A stretch of DNA of 62,634 bases, the filler included, from Nitrospinota bacterium (lineage in GTDB: Bacteria; JAUXIQ01): the NCBI GenBank assembly GCA_030620925.1. It is 12 parts of 12 records of this genome, joined end to end, with 100 filler letters (N's around TTAATTAATTAA, not from the genome) between each part and the next. Parts side by side here need not be neighbours in the genome. Positions count along the whole stretch, not along the records: positions 21,103 to 32,615 come from JAUXIQ010000026.1; positions 32,716 to 38,985 come from JAUXIQ010000125.1; 10 more parts are not named here. The stretch is one strand, 5' to 3'. Positions 22,263 to 33,769 of the stretch are shown here, piece by piece. A program made the translations under genes and the position numbers. The notes below the pieces were generated by a model. It had not been told where the DNA came from. It searched no databases and worked only from the letters and a program-made list of their open reading frames with translations. Each line of letters opens with the position of its first letter. Within the stretch, counting starts at the first letter, position 1.

Positions 22263-23030
22263 TCAGAGTTTCAACGTGTAGACCTTTTTCTCGCGCCTGA
22301 AATAACCCGTATTGATCAGCCGGGTCCGCCCCACCTGTTTGCTTTTCTCCTGAGGTTGGTGGACGTGGCCGAAAAAGGCGTAACCTGGTTGTTCCCTTTC
22401 AATATACTCGGATAATGCCTCGCTCCCTTCCTCGCTTCTTTTAGCCAACACGTCGTAGGTCAGCTCTTGATATGCGGGCGGGAAGTGGGTGCATAGCACC
22501 TCCACACTGTCCAGGCTTTCTATCCGGCGGCGATAGGTCTCTCCGTCTGTTTCCCCCGGAAGGCCCACGGCCCATTTGTAGGGGGGAACGCCGGAGACGA
22601 ACCCGAACCTTGTCCCGCCGATTTCCATGCATTCGGCCTCCAGCATGGTGGCGTTGGAGGGGAGGCACTCTTTCATTATGTCGGGGTAGTCCGCGTTGCC
22701 GTAGAGGACGTAAGCTTCACAGGGGATTACCGAAAAGATTTCCTGGTAGACGCCCCGGGCAATGCCCCTCAGTTTTTCGTTCTGAAGCCCCTTCTCCTTG
22801 AGGAAGACGGCCGCCTGGGCTTTTGCTTTCTCGATATTGCCGCGGGCCAACTCTTCCAACAGTTGAGCTACCTCCTGCTTGCTGAGGATTTCGGCCAGCA
22901 TTCCGTCCAGGGAGCTGAAGTCGACCCAGTTGAGGAGATCGCCGAGCAACACCGCCGTGTCCCCCGGCTCGAACGCTTCCCTCAACGCGTCCACCTCGCC
23001 GTGTACATCGGCGACCAGTTTTATTTCCAT
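22263..23030 (-). CDS. Metallophosphoesterase (calcineurin-like)
   Basis: DVHG, GDL, GNAD, THFPP, GHVH. Confidence 0.88.
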   Translation of the reverse strand: MEIKLVADVHGEVDALREAFEPGDTAVLLGDLLNWVDFSSLDGMLAEILSKQEVAQLLEELARGNIEKAKAQAAVFLKEKGLQNEKLRGIARGVYQEIFSVIPCEAYVLYGNADYPDIMKECLPSNATMLEAECMEIGGTRFGFVSGVPPYKWAVGLPGETDGETYRRRIESLDSVEVLCTHFPPAYQELTYDVLAKRSEEGSEALSEYIEREQPGYAFFGHVHQPQEKSKQVGRTRLINTGYFRREKKVYTLKL

Positions 23031-23074
23031 CTGATTTTTTCCGGATAGGTGAGCGGAAAATATCTTACCGTCAA

Positions 23075-24703
23075 CTAATCATGGGTCAACATGGGGCAGG
23101 GGCCGTCTGCGATGATCACCGCCATGCCCTTCATGGCCAATCCCTCTTTGAAAGCATCCTTCAGCTCGGCCGTCTTTTCGGTGTTGACCCTCTTAACGAA
23201 GCCGGCCTCTCCGGCATTGAGTATGGCTTCCATGGAGACCCCGCGACCGGGATGCCCCGAAGCGGTCTGCTCCGAGCCGGGATGCGGCTGTTGGCCGGTG
23301 GTGGCGGTGGCGTGGTTGTAGAGGATTACTATCATTACGTCGGCGTTGTGATGGATAGCGCTGAGGATAGAGCTGATGCCTGTGTGGAAGAAGGAAGAAT
23401 CGCCCACCAAAGCCACCGCCCTCCTGTTTATGCCCCCCTTTACCATGCCCCAGGCCACACCCACGCTGGACCCCATGCACAACTTGACGTCCAGGGTTTG
23501 ATAGGGGAGGCTCATGGAACGCACCCCGCAACCGGAATCGCCCACCAGCACCGGCCGCTCGATGTCCAGCTCCTGGATGGCATCCCGCAGGGCGTCGAAA
23601 ATGTTTATGTTGGGGCAGCCTTTGGGGAAAGGCTTCAGGGTACCGTATTGCCAGGCTTCGGCTTCCGGGTCTTCCGCGAGTGGTTTCATGGAGGTGAACA
23701 GTGATACCGCCTGATGGATGGACGCTTCGGATAGTTCACCGGGCCAGGGGAAATGCCCGGTCATCCGGCCGTATATCCTGGCCTCTATGCCCAGCCTGTT
23801 GGCCAGCTCTCTGACCCCCTTTTCTATGAAGGGATGGTTGTCTTCGCAGACCAGCACCTCCGGCACTTTTGATAAAAATTCCTCCAGCGTCCGCTGAGGG
23901 AGTGGGTTAGTAGTGCCCAGCTTGAGGGTGCTCAGGGAACCCCCGGAGCAGGAGTCGAGCACATTTTTAGCTTTGGTGAAGGCGTGGCCGCTGCCCATCA
24001 GGCCGAATTTCCCTTCGATGGAGATATGGTTGAAGGGGGCGCTCTCGAATTGCCCGGCTATGGCCAGGTTCTTTTGCCGTAGCTTTTCATGAAACTGGAG
24101 TATATACTGGGGCACGGATATCCAGCCCTCAGGGGGGCGGAAATATTCCTTCCTTTTTCCCGGAGCGGGGTCCGACTGGGGGTCGATCTCTCCGGTGGAG
24201 GTGGAGAATTTCCTGGTGGTGCGTATCATCACCGGGATACCGTGTTCCTCAGACAGCTCGAAGGCGTAGCGGGCCATCTGGTAACCCTCCTTCGGGTCAG
24301 ATGGCTCCAGGATGGGTATTTCGGCGAAGGCGGCCAGGAGACGGCCGTCCTGCTCGTTCTGGGAGCCCCATCCGCCGGGATCGTCTCCCAGCAGGATCAC
24401 GAAGCCCCCGTTACAGCCGGTGAGGTTGAAGTTGGTGAGGGGGTCCAGGGCGACGTTGAGCCCCACGCTTTTCACGCAGACCATGGCCCGGGCGCCTGCA
24501 ATCGAGGCCCCTGAGGCGACCTCGAAGGCCACCTTCTCGTTAGCCGACCATTCGGCATAGACATTTCGGCTGCCGCGCTGCTCCATGACGTTCTCGAACA
24601 CGGTGGTGGCCGGCGAGCCCGGGTAGCCGGTGAGCACCTCGAGCCCCGCATCAAGCGCCCCCAGAGCGATGGCGGCGTTTCCTGTGAGAAGGTTTTCAGT
24701 CAT
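23075..24703 (-). CDS. iorA: Indolepyruvate:ferredoxin oxidoreductase alpha-subunit-like protein, without C-terminal ferredoxin domain
   Basis: LTGNAAIA, GYPGSP, NEKVA, KSVGLNVA, SQNEQD, GDSGC, MGSS, GDSSFFHTG, TATTGQQP; ends at GPC. Confidence 0.8.
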   Translation of the reverse strand: MTENLLTGNAAIALGALDAGLEVLTGYPGSPATTVFENVMEQRGSRNVYAEWSANEKVAFEVASGASIAGARAMVCVKSVGLNVALDPLTNFNLTGCNGGFVILLGDDPGGWGSQNEQDGRLLAAFAEIPILEPSDPKEGYQMARYAFELSEEHGIPVMIRTTRKFSTSTGEIDPQSDPAPGKRKEYFRPPEGWISVPQYILQFHEKLRQKNLAIAGQFESAPFNHISIEGKFGLMGSGHAFTKAKNVLDSCSGGSLSTLKLGTTNPLPQRTLEEFLSKVPEVLVCEDNHPFIEKGVRELANRLGIEARIYGRMTGHFPWPGELSEASIHQAVSLFTSMKPLAEDPEAEAWQYGTLKPFPKGCPNINIFDALRDAIQELDIERPVLVGDSGCGVRSMSLPYQTLDVKLCMGSSVGVAWGMVKGGINRRAVALVGDSSFFHTGISSILSAIHHNADVMIVILYNHATATTGQQPHPGSEQTASGHPGRGVSMEAILNAGEAGFVKRVNTEKTAELKDAFKEGLAMKGMAVIIADGPCPMLTHD

Positions 24704-24924
24704 TTCCCACTCTTTATGATGGTAATAGACGCAAAGGTTGAGGAACTCAGGATATTTAGAGAGGGGCATATTGTCAAGTTTTTTGATGTCGAAGGGGCAC
24801 TACGTTTTGATTTTACATTATATATTCGGTTAAATGTTGCTATTTAGGTAATTTGTTATGCGAAGTTTATGAGGGCTGTTTGGAGAGAGTTTTTTCTGGA
24901 GCAACACGCGTGAGCCTATTATCA

Positions 24925-26346
24925 ATGCAGGAGAGTGAGATTAAGAGAAAAATCGGGGAGCTACCCGCGGTCATTCTGGCCGCCGGGGAGGGGTCCCGCC
25001 TTCGGAATGGGGAGAACTGCGTGCCCAAGCCGCTTACGCCCCTGCTGGGCCTCACCCTGCTGGAACGGACGATTCTCACCTGCCGGGATGCGGGTGTCCG
25101 CGACTTTTACGTTGTCGTGGGGTACCGGAAAGAGGAGTTGATGCATCACGTTAAGGAACTTGAGGGAAAACACGGCCTTTCCCTCAAGGTGGTGGAGAAC
25201 CCCAACTGGGAGGAAGGAAACGGCACTTCCGTCTCCGCCTGCTCCTCCTATATTTCCGGTCCCTTCCTGCTGCTGATGTGCGATCACCTTTTCGAGCCGG
25301 GGATTCTGGAGGAGCTGGTAGCCGCCGACGACGGGGAAGAGGTGTGCAGACTAGCCGTGGATAGCGGGATTAAAGACATCTTCGATCCTGAAGACTCCAC
25401 CCTGGTGCGTCTCGACCGGGATGCCATCACCGCCATGGACAAGGGGCTGGAAAATCCCGACGGCGTGGATACCGGCCTGTTCCTCTGCCGACCCATGTTG
25501 TTCTCCGCCCTGGAGAAGGCCCGTCGGGAGGGGGACGGCTCCCTCTCGGGGGGAATCCGCCGGTTGATAGAGGGCGGCGATATGAGGGCGGTGGACGTCG
25601 GCGACCGTTTCTGGCTCGACGTGGACACTCCCGAGGCCCTCAGCGCAGGCGAAGACCGCCTAATGGTAAAGCTGAAGACGGCCAAGCGGATCGACGGCCC
25701 CATAAGCCGCTACATCAACCGCTTCTTCTCGCTGGAAATCACCCGCCGACTGGCCCCATATTCCATCACCCCCAACCAGGTGTCGGTGGTGAGCACCCTG
25801 TACGGATTGGCGGGTGCGGCCTTTTTCTTCGGAGCGGGTTTTGTCGCCGACCGTTCCCTTCTATGGATATGGTTGATGACGGCCCTGGCCGGTATTTTCA
25901 TCCAGATTTCCTCGATCCTGGACGGCGTGGACGGTGAAATCGCCCGGCTGAAACACCAGGCCGGCCCCTACGGAGCCTATCTCGATAACATATTGGATCG
26001 CTACGTGGACGGCGTGGCGGTGGCGGGGATGGTATATGCGTCTTATGCTGCCACCGGAAGTTTCACCATCGTTCTGGTCGGTTTTCTGGCGCTCCTGGGT
26101 CTTCCCCTCTCCTCCATCCACCGGGCCAAATTCCTGGCGGAGACCGGGAGGAACTACCTGGCCGGGGATGACGGCCCCCTGAGATACCTCCCCTACTCCC
26201 GCGACGTGCGGTTGTTCGTTATTTTCATGGCGGGTGTACTTAACCAGGTGGAGCCGGCGATATATTTCCTGGCGATCGTCACCAATTTCATGGCCCTGCT
26301 CCGATTGGCCACGGTGAAAAAAGCGTTAGAAAGAATGAGGGATTGA
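24925..26346 (+). CDS. Bifunctional NTP-transferase / CDP-alcohol phosphotransferase (IPCT/DIPPS-like)
   Basis: ILAAGEGSRL..PKPL, GNGTS, MCDH, DTGLF, WLDVDT fused to DGPISRYINR, TPNQVS, DGVDGEIAR-x8-G-x3-D-x3-D, SRDVRLF; exact start uncertain. Confidence 0.85.
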   Translation: MQESEIKRKIGELPAVILAAGEGSRLRNGENCVPKPLTPLLGLTLLERTILTCRDAGVRDFYVVVGYRKEELMHHVKELEGKHGLSLKVVENPNWEEGNGTSVSACSSYISGPFLLLMCDHLFEPGILEELVAADDGEEVCRLAVDSGIKDIFDPEDSTLVRLDRDAITAMDKGLENPDGVDTGLFLCRPMLFSALEKARREGDGSLSGGIRRLIEGGDMRAVDVGDRFWLDVDTPEALSAGEDRLMVKLKTAKRIDGPISRYINRFFSLEITRRLAPYSITPNQVSVVSTLYGLAGAAFFFGAGFVADRSLLWIWLMTALAGIFIQISSILDGVDGEIARLKHQAGPYGAYLDNILDRYVDGVAVAGMVYASYAATGSFTIVLVGFLALLGLPLSSIHRAKFLAETGRNYLAGDDGPLRYLPYSRDVRLFVIFMAGVLNQVEPAIYFLAIVTNFMALLRLATVKKALERMRD

Positions 26347-26349
26347 GCC

Positions 26350-27160
26350 GTGGGGAGCGCCGGACCATCGTGGAAGAGCCGCCTGGGCATCTCCGCTCAT
26401 GGCAAGGACAGGACCATCGAGGAGATGGCGGCCCTGGCCGGGGAGATCGGGGTTAAGTATCTGGAAGTCGTGGCCGAGCGGTTCTGGGCCCTGCCCGACG
26501 GGGGCAGGCAGGGCAGCTGGCGGGAGGTCAAGGAGCTGCTTGCCCGCTGGGGGCTGCACCCCTTCGTCCACGCCTCCTACATCGAGATCAATCTTGCCAC
26601 CCTCAACCCCCTCCTCCGGGAGGCGGGGCTCAAGCAAAATCTCAGATGTCTGGAGCTGGCGGCCTTTTTGGAGGCGGAGTTCATGGTGGTCCATGCGGGC
26701 AACCTGAACAGAAACTATCCGCCTTCATATCTTCCCGAGGCCCGACAGTGCCTGTTGGATAGCCTCAAAACGCTTGCCGAGCGGGCCGAATCCGCCGGTA
26801 TGACCATCGCCCTGGAAAACGGTTGGAAGGGCGAGAACCATCCCCTCATAAGCAGCGGGGCCGAGCACGCCGAGCTAATCGAGAGCGTGGGCAGCACTTC
26901 CCTCAAGGCTTTGCTTGACGTCGGCCATGCCCACACCTTTGGCCTGACCCTGGGCGGTCACCTTGACCCCATCCGGCCCTATCTGGTAGGCATACACCTG
27001 CACGACAACGGCGGGACAAAGGACGAGCACCTGCCCCCGGGTAGGGGGACCATCCCCGTGGCCGATTTTCAGCGTTGCTTTGAGGCCGGTGTCCCGGTGA
27101 TATTGGAACTGAACTCCCTGGAAGACATCCGTGCCACCCTCACCTACCTCGAAGCCAATA

Positions 27161-27174
<14 letters not shown>
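26350..27174 (+). CDS. Sugar phosphate isomerase/epimerase (AP endonuclease 2 TIM barrel)
   Basis: VHAG, LEN, DVGHA, HLHDN..DEHLPPGRG, ILE. Confidence 0.85.
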
Positions 27175-29251
<2,077 letters not shown>

Positions 29252-29491
29252 TCTTCTCCCCTTGATATCGTGCACTGCTTTCCCTGGATCGGACGCCTCG
29301 TCCACGACAATAATAGTAGTCTTTTATCACATCTTTTCCCTTTTACCAATAGATGATGTAGTGGAGCATGCTGAAAAAGGGCGTCCGGGAATTGGGGGGG
29401 GATTACCTGTGATGTCGGTTCACCAGAGCTTGTATATTAAACATATCAAGTATTCATATAATTTAAGAATTCTGGATGTTGTTGCGCTTGA

Positions 29492-30256
29492 TCTCCTCCC
29501 CCTTGACCCCGCTTTCCGCTGGGTGTTCGCCCTTGATCACCCTCCCTTAATCCCTCCCCTCAAGGGAGGGAGACTCTAGTATCGTGTGAAATTCTGAGTC
29601 GTTAATAGGAGCACTACGCGACAGGCGGGGTCAAGGGGGAAGAGACCTAATACCTCCCTTTACATTTTTATTTTAGTCGGCGGTGTATGATTACGAAATC
29701 TTTCGAGCTGCCAACTTTCCCCTCCCCTGGCCCCGCTTTCCGCGGGGCAGGCATGGAGAGGAAAAAGGGGAGGGGAATTTGAATAGCGCAAGAGAAAGCG
29801 GGCTTGCACGGGTAGGCGGGATTCAGAATGACAGGATGCTGAGTCGTAGGGGCAATCCCGCGTGTGGCGAGATCAAACCTGCCCTATCGGGGCGTATGCA
29901 ATACGCCCCTACAAGTGCGCCTTTCCCGCGTATGGCGGGACTACAGGAGTTTGACGGCCTGGCCCATCAATTGTAGGAGCGGCCATGAGAGATAAACACA
30001 CCCGCTGGCTACTGTCATTCTGAGCGAAGCGAAGAATCTCGCATATCTTGGCTACCGAGTGCCTCTTTTTACGGGGTGTATTGTTGTAGGGGATTAAGGG
30101 AGGGTGGTCATGGGCGACCGGCCGATCGCCCCTACGAGTCTCAAAGTTCCCTATAACGTCACGTAGGGGTGTCCCGCGTATGGCGGGATTCAGAATGACA
30201 GGATGCGGGAATGCGCCCTGGGCAGGGCAGCCTCGCGGCAGGCAAGGACGCCCCTG
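29492..30256. repeat. Cluster of REP/REPIN-like palindromes and other short intergenic repeats
   Basis: GTAGGGG../..CCCCTAC units; inverted pairs 29492-29512/29625-29645 and 29528-29554/30089-30117; 25-nt direct repeat 29815-29839/30182-30206; GTCATTCTGAGCGAAGCGAAGAATCTC at 30014-30040. Confidence 0.8.
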
Positions 30257-30421
30257 TATCAAGGGGATTCGGGCCTGCGACCAGCGGATAAAAGTCCGTT
30301 GCACACGATCAAATAAAACCCTTTGAGATTCGCGATTAAAATGCTATACCAATACCCTGGATTGATGACAGATTTGTATTGGAGTTCCCTCTGTTTTAAA
30401 CGTTGAAAGAGGGGAGAGGCG

Positions 30422-31264
30422 ATGAAATGTGAAATTATGTCCCGATGGTCGGGGAAGGTCCTTTTCAGTATCGATACCGTGAACCTGAAATCGGCGATTG
30501 AAGCAGCGGCTATAAAAGGCGTTGACTTGCAGAACGCAGACTTGCAGAATGCTGATCTCGGGAACGCTGATCTCAGAAATGCACGCCTGCGGGAAGCATG
30601 CCTACAGGGGGCCAGTCTTCAGGGCTCTGATCTTCAGGGCACTGACTTCAGGAACGCGTATCTCCAGGATGCTAATCTCCGAAACACCTATCTCCAGGGC
30701 GCTTATTTCCAGGAAGCATATCTTCAGGGGGCAGACCTTCGCGGAGCCTATCTTCAGGATGCATATCTACGGGGTGCAGACCTGCGGGGCGCTAATCTGC
30801 GGGGTGCAGACCTGCGGGGTGCTGATCTTCAGGGCGCTAATCTCCGGGGTGTTGAAGGGGTTTCTCCATATTTGTTCACGACGCTTTTGATGCTTCTCGA
30901 CCAGCCGGGAAAGATCAGGGCATACAAACTGGTTACCGAGAAAGGGGAGGAGCCCTACGACGAGGGCGTCAAATATCTTTTAGATGAAACTTTTGAGGCG
31001 GAGAATTTTGATGAAAATGCGGATAACCAGTATGGCGCCGGAATTAATCTCGCCTCGCTGGACTGGTGTATGAAGAACTGGAAACCGGGACACCGTATTT
31101 TGATCATGGAGTTTGAAGCTGAAGATATAGCGGCCATCCCTACCGCTACTGACGGTAAGTTCAGGGTGAAAAGATGCCGGCGGGTAGGCGAGAAGAGCCT
31201 GGAAGAAATCGGCCTGTTGGAGGAGAAAGATAATAGCAGCAGACCGTTTACCTATAAGCTATGA
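30422..31264 (+). CDS. Pentapeptide repeat protein with phage-like C-terminal domain
   Basis: 22 A(D/Y/N)L(Q/R)x pentapeptides, then AYKLV...GINLASLDWC...DGKFRV..VGE; GAGGGGAG RBS. Confidence 0.88.
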   Translation: MKCEIMSRWSGKVLFSIDTVNLKSAIEAAAIKGVDLQNADLQNADLGNADLRNARLREACLQGASLQGSDLQGTDFRNAYLQDANLRNTYLQGAYFQEAYLQGADLRGAYLQDAYLRGADLRGANLRGADLRGADLQGANLRGVEGVSPYLFTTLLMLLDQPGKIRAYKLVTEKGEEPYDEGVKYLLDETFEAENFDENADNQYGAGINLASLDWCMKNWKPGHRILIMEFEAEDIAAIPTATDGKFRVKRCRRVGEKSLEEIGLLEEKDNSSRPFTYKL

Positions 31265-31476
31265 TCTACTGCCGCCATTCGCTCCCTGCCTTAGATAGCT
31301 CAAAACCCTGAAGTTTTTACCCCCATCCCCCTGTTCGGTGATTTTAAAATCTTCTACAGACATCGGAGGAAAGAGCTGTGGCTGGATTGTGGAGATTTAG
31401 CGATGGTGAGAGGAACCCTGCCCGGAGGGATATACTTTTTTACAAGAGCACGAGGTATATGAGTTCTTGGATAAAG

Positions 31477-31507
31477 AAAAAGGGCATCCCGTGCTGACGA
31501 GATGCCC
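31477..31507 (-). terminator. Intrinsic terminator of the cold-shock gene
   Basis: Minus strand GGGCATCTCG-loop-CGGGATGCCC-TTTTT. Confidence 0.75.
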
Positions 31508-31531
31508 GTGAGGTATGTTGATTGGGTTGGG

Positions 31532-31732
31532 TTAGATTTTCTTGACGTCCTTAGCCTTGGGCCCCCTGTCCGACTCCTCAACCTCGAAACTAACCCTATC
31601 CCCTTCGTTTAAAGTTTTGAACCCGGGCATATCGATGGCAGAATGGTGGACGAAAAGGTCTTCCCCGCCATCCTGCTGGATAAACCCATAACCCTTCTTT
31701 TCACTGAACCACTTTACCGTTCCCTCTGCCAA
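31532..31732 (-). CDS. Cold-shock protein (66 aa, TTG start)
   Basis: GTVKWF, KGYGFI (RNP1), LFVHHSAI (RNP2), GPKA. Confidence 0.95.
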   Translation of the reverse strand: MAEGTVKWFSEKKGYGFIQQDGGEDLFVHHSAIDMPGFKTLNEGDRVSFEVEESDRGPKAKDVKKI

Positions 31733-32084
31733 AGCCCTAAACCCCCACAAAAAATGTTAATTACTCAGGTCATCGCTCTGACAAAGAAAATTTTTTCCTT
31801 CCGAGCAAAATCGACCTTAGTCCAACCGAATGATGAAACGGAATACATCCGAAACACCATTATTTACTAGATTAGTATGTTATTTGGCAAAAAGCAAAGG
31901 GAAAAATGCATTGCGGCGCCCGAAATGAGTAAAGTCGCCGAAGAGAACCGAACATCTTTTCAGTCGACTGCAACGGCAAAATCGGGTTATCGCCCGATTG
32001 TCCACCGGCTGAACGGTCAACAGGAATAAGCGGGATCGGGGAACAGTTGAGGGGAGCGGTAAGCGGGGAAGGGTATTCCCACAT

Positions 32085-32615
32085 TCATTTAATATGGCAC
32101 TCCGAGCACAATAGGTCCTTGTTATTGGTCATGACCAGCATGGATTTTTCTTTTGAATCAACTTTATGGCAAGTGCCGCAACCTATCTTGCCGTTAAAAA
32201 ATCTTATCGCCCTGTTCAGAGAAATCGGCAGATTGTATCCTTTTGATCCCTTAAGTGTAGTCTTAGTATATGAGATTCCGATTGGATGGCTGCCCTCCGA
32301 GTCGGCGAGATAATCTTTGTGACATTCAATACACTGAACAGAATATAAATCTATTGAGTAATTTCCTTTTGTTACACGAAGGCCGATACTCCTATTAAGT
32401 GTCTCTATCGCTTCGGTTTTGCTGCTCAGCTTCTTGTAAAATATACTCAGGCCATGGTGCGGTTCACTGGAATCCGGGTCCATATCTACGGCCCGTTTAA
32501 GGACTTCCGCCCCCTGTTTATATCGGCCCAGATGTTGTAAGAGGACCCCAGGCCGAAGTGTGCGTCAATTGAATCGGGGTCGAACTTTAGTGATGACTCA
32601 AAATAATCGGCTGCC
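32085..32615 (-). pseudogene. TPR plus triheme cytochrome c protein, 5' truncated, with one-base frameshift (pseudogene or assembly error)
   Basis: CIECH, CGTCH, CSECH and SHPIG; upstream TPR split between frames: ...DPDSIDAHFGLG / HLGRYKQGAEVLKRAVDMDPDS. Confidence 0.65.
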
Positions 32616-32715
32616 NNNNNNNNNNNNNNNNNNNNNNNNNNNNNNNNNNNNNNNNNNNNTTAATTAATTAANNNNNNNNNNNNNNNNNNNNNNNNNNNNN
32701 NNNNNNNNNNNNNNN
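32616..32715. other. Artificial contig linker
   Basis: N44-TTAATTAATTAA-N44. Confidence 0.98.
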
Positions 32716-32848
32716 AGCGCTTGCCGCTCACGAACCCTTTCACGGCCAGAATCTCAGGGATGTGTTTATTGTTGTACCATTCGTTGAATTCATCTTCTTT
32801 TTCCGCGGCCATATCCATCTGCACAACGAGTAACGGTCTCTCACTCAT
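32716..32848 (-). CDS. DUF4286/EthD-like dimeric alpha-beta barrel protein, 3' truncated
   Basis: EDEFNEWYNNKHIPEILAVKGF; AGGGGG RBS. Confidence 0.7.
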
Positions 32849-33159
32849 CTCGTACCCCCTTCCCTATTCAGTTAGCTTTTTTTAGTGGTATTAGACTGTA
32901 TATACCGACACCTCAATTGACGGTTCACATCCGCTTCACCCTGTACAGTCTAAAGCCGATTATGTATCGCCTCCGGTAGAACTATCGAAACCACGCAATA
33001 AAAAAATGCAATTTTAGTAACACTTAAATTTACGAAGATGTCAGCGATCAGTGAAATTGCACATTATATGGTGCCTTTTTTTAGCTCCGCATCCATATAT
33101 TGTTTCATGAAGACCCTCATCTAAAATGCTTAAAACGCTCAAAAAAACGCTTTTTTATC

Positions 33160-33224
33160 TTGACATAACAGCCGATAAAGTTTATGATGTGGTATAAATT
33201 AGAATTTTATGGAAAATTGTGGAA
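33160..33224 (+). promoter_or_regulatory. dcw promoter with probable MraZ operator repeats
   Basis: TTGACA(33160)-N17-TATGAT followed by 10-bp-phased GTGGTA/TTAGAA/ATGGAA/GTGGAA at 33189, 33199, 33209, 33219. Confidence 0.7.
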
Positions 33225-33235
33225 CGGGAACAGCT

Positions 33236-33676
33236 ATGTTTTTCGGAAGATACTTCATTACGCTGGACGATAAAGGCCGTATAAAAATTCCTGCTCCTTT
33301 CACAAAGTATCTTGATCGGGAGGAGGAAGATACCATCATATTGACTAACTTCGGCAGCTGCATAAGAGCATACCCCGAAAAAGAGTGGAAGGCTCTGCGG
33401 GCAAATGCAAAAGATCAGCCCGCTTTGCAGGAAAACAAATTGGCCTCAGAGAGGCTCTTCTTTTCATCGGCTAATATGGTAAACCTGGACAAACAGGGAC
33501 GCCTTCTCATACCCAACTCTCTGCGAGCGGAAACCGGTCTTAAAGAGGACATAGTTCTCCTGGGCATCGACTACCGCTTCGAAGTTTGGGATAAAGCCCA
33601 ATGGGACGCATATCAGAAAACCTCCCAGGAAAAGAAAGAAGATATTTTCGAAGGGCTGTCTAAGGCTGGATTTTAA
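33236..33676 (+). CDS. mraZ: Transcriptional regulator MraZ
   Basis: Two DxxGR motifs (LDDKGRI, LDKQGRL), FEVWD. Confidence 0.95.
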   Translation: MFFGRYFITLDDKGRIKIPAPFTKYLDREEEDTIILTNFGSCIRAYPEKEWKALRANAKDQPALQENKLASERLFFSSANMVNLDKQGRLLIPNSLRAETGLKEDIVLLGIDYRFEVWDKAQWDAYQKTSQEKKEDIFEGLSKAGF

Positions 33677-33769
33677 CATATATATCCTGAGTGTTAAAGG
33701 AGAAAAGAGGGGGGGCCATGAAAACCTGGGGATGAAAGAGAGGTCGATCGGGCGGTCCACCGCCCCGCT

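Noticed and set aside
29492-30256. CRISPR array
   Set aside because: Repeats are heterogeneous, in both orientations and irregularly spaced; no cas genes in the window
29262-30304. ORFs 29262-29579, 29683-29976 and 29909-30304
   Set aside because: Translations of REP-like repeats (for example HPPLIPPLKGG, EILRFAQND) with no domain signal
30521-30850. 15-bp periodic DNA as a non-coding tandem repeat
   Set aside because: Fully explained by pentapeptide coding
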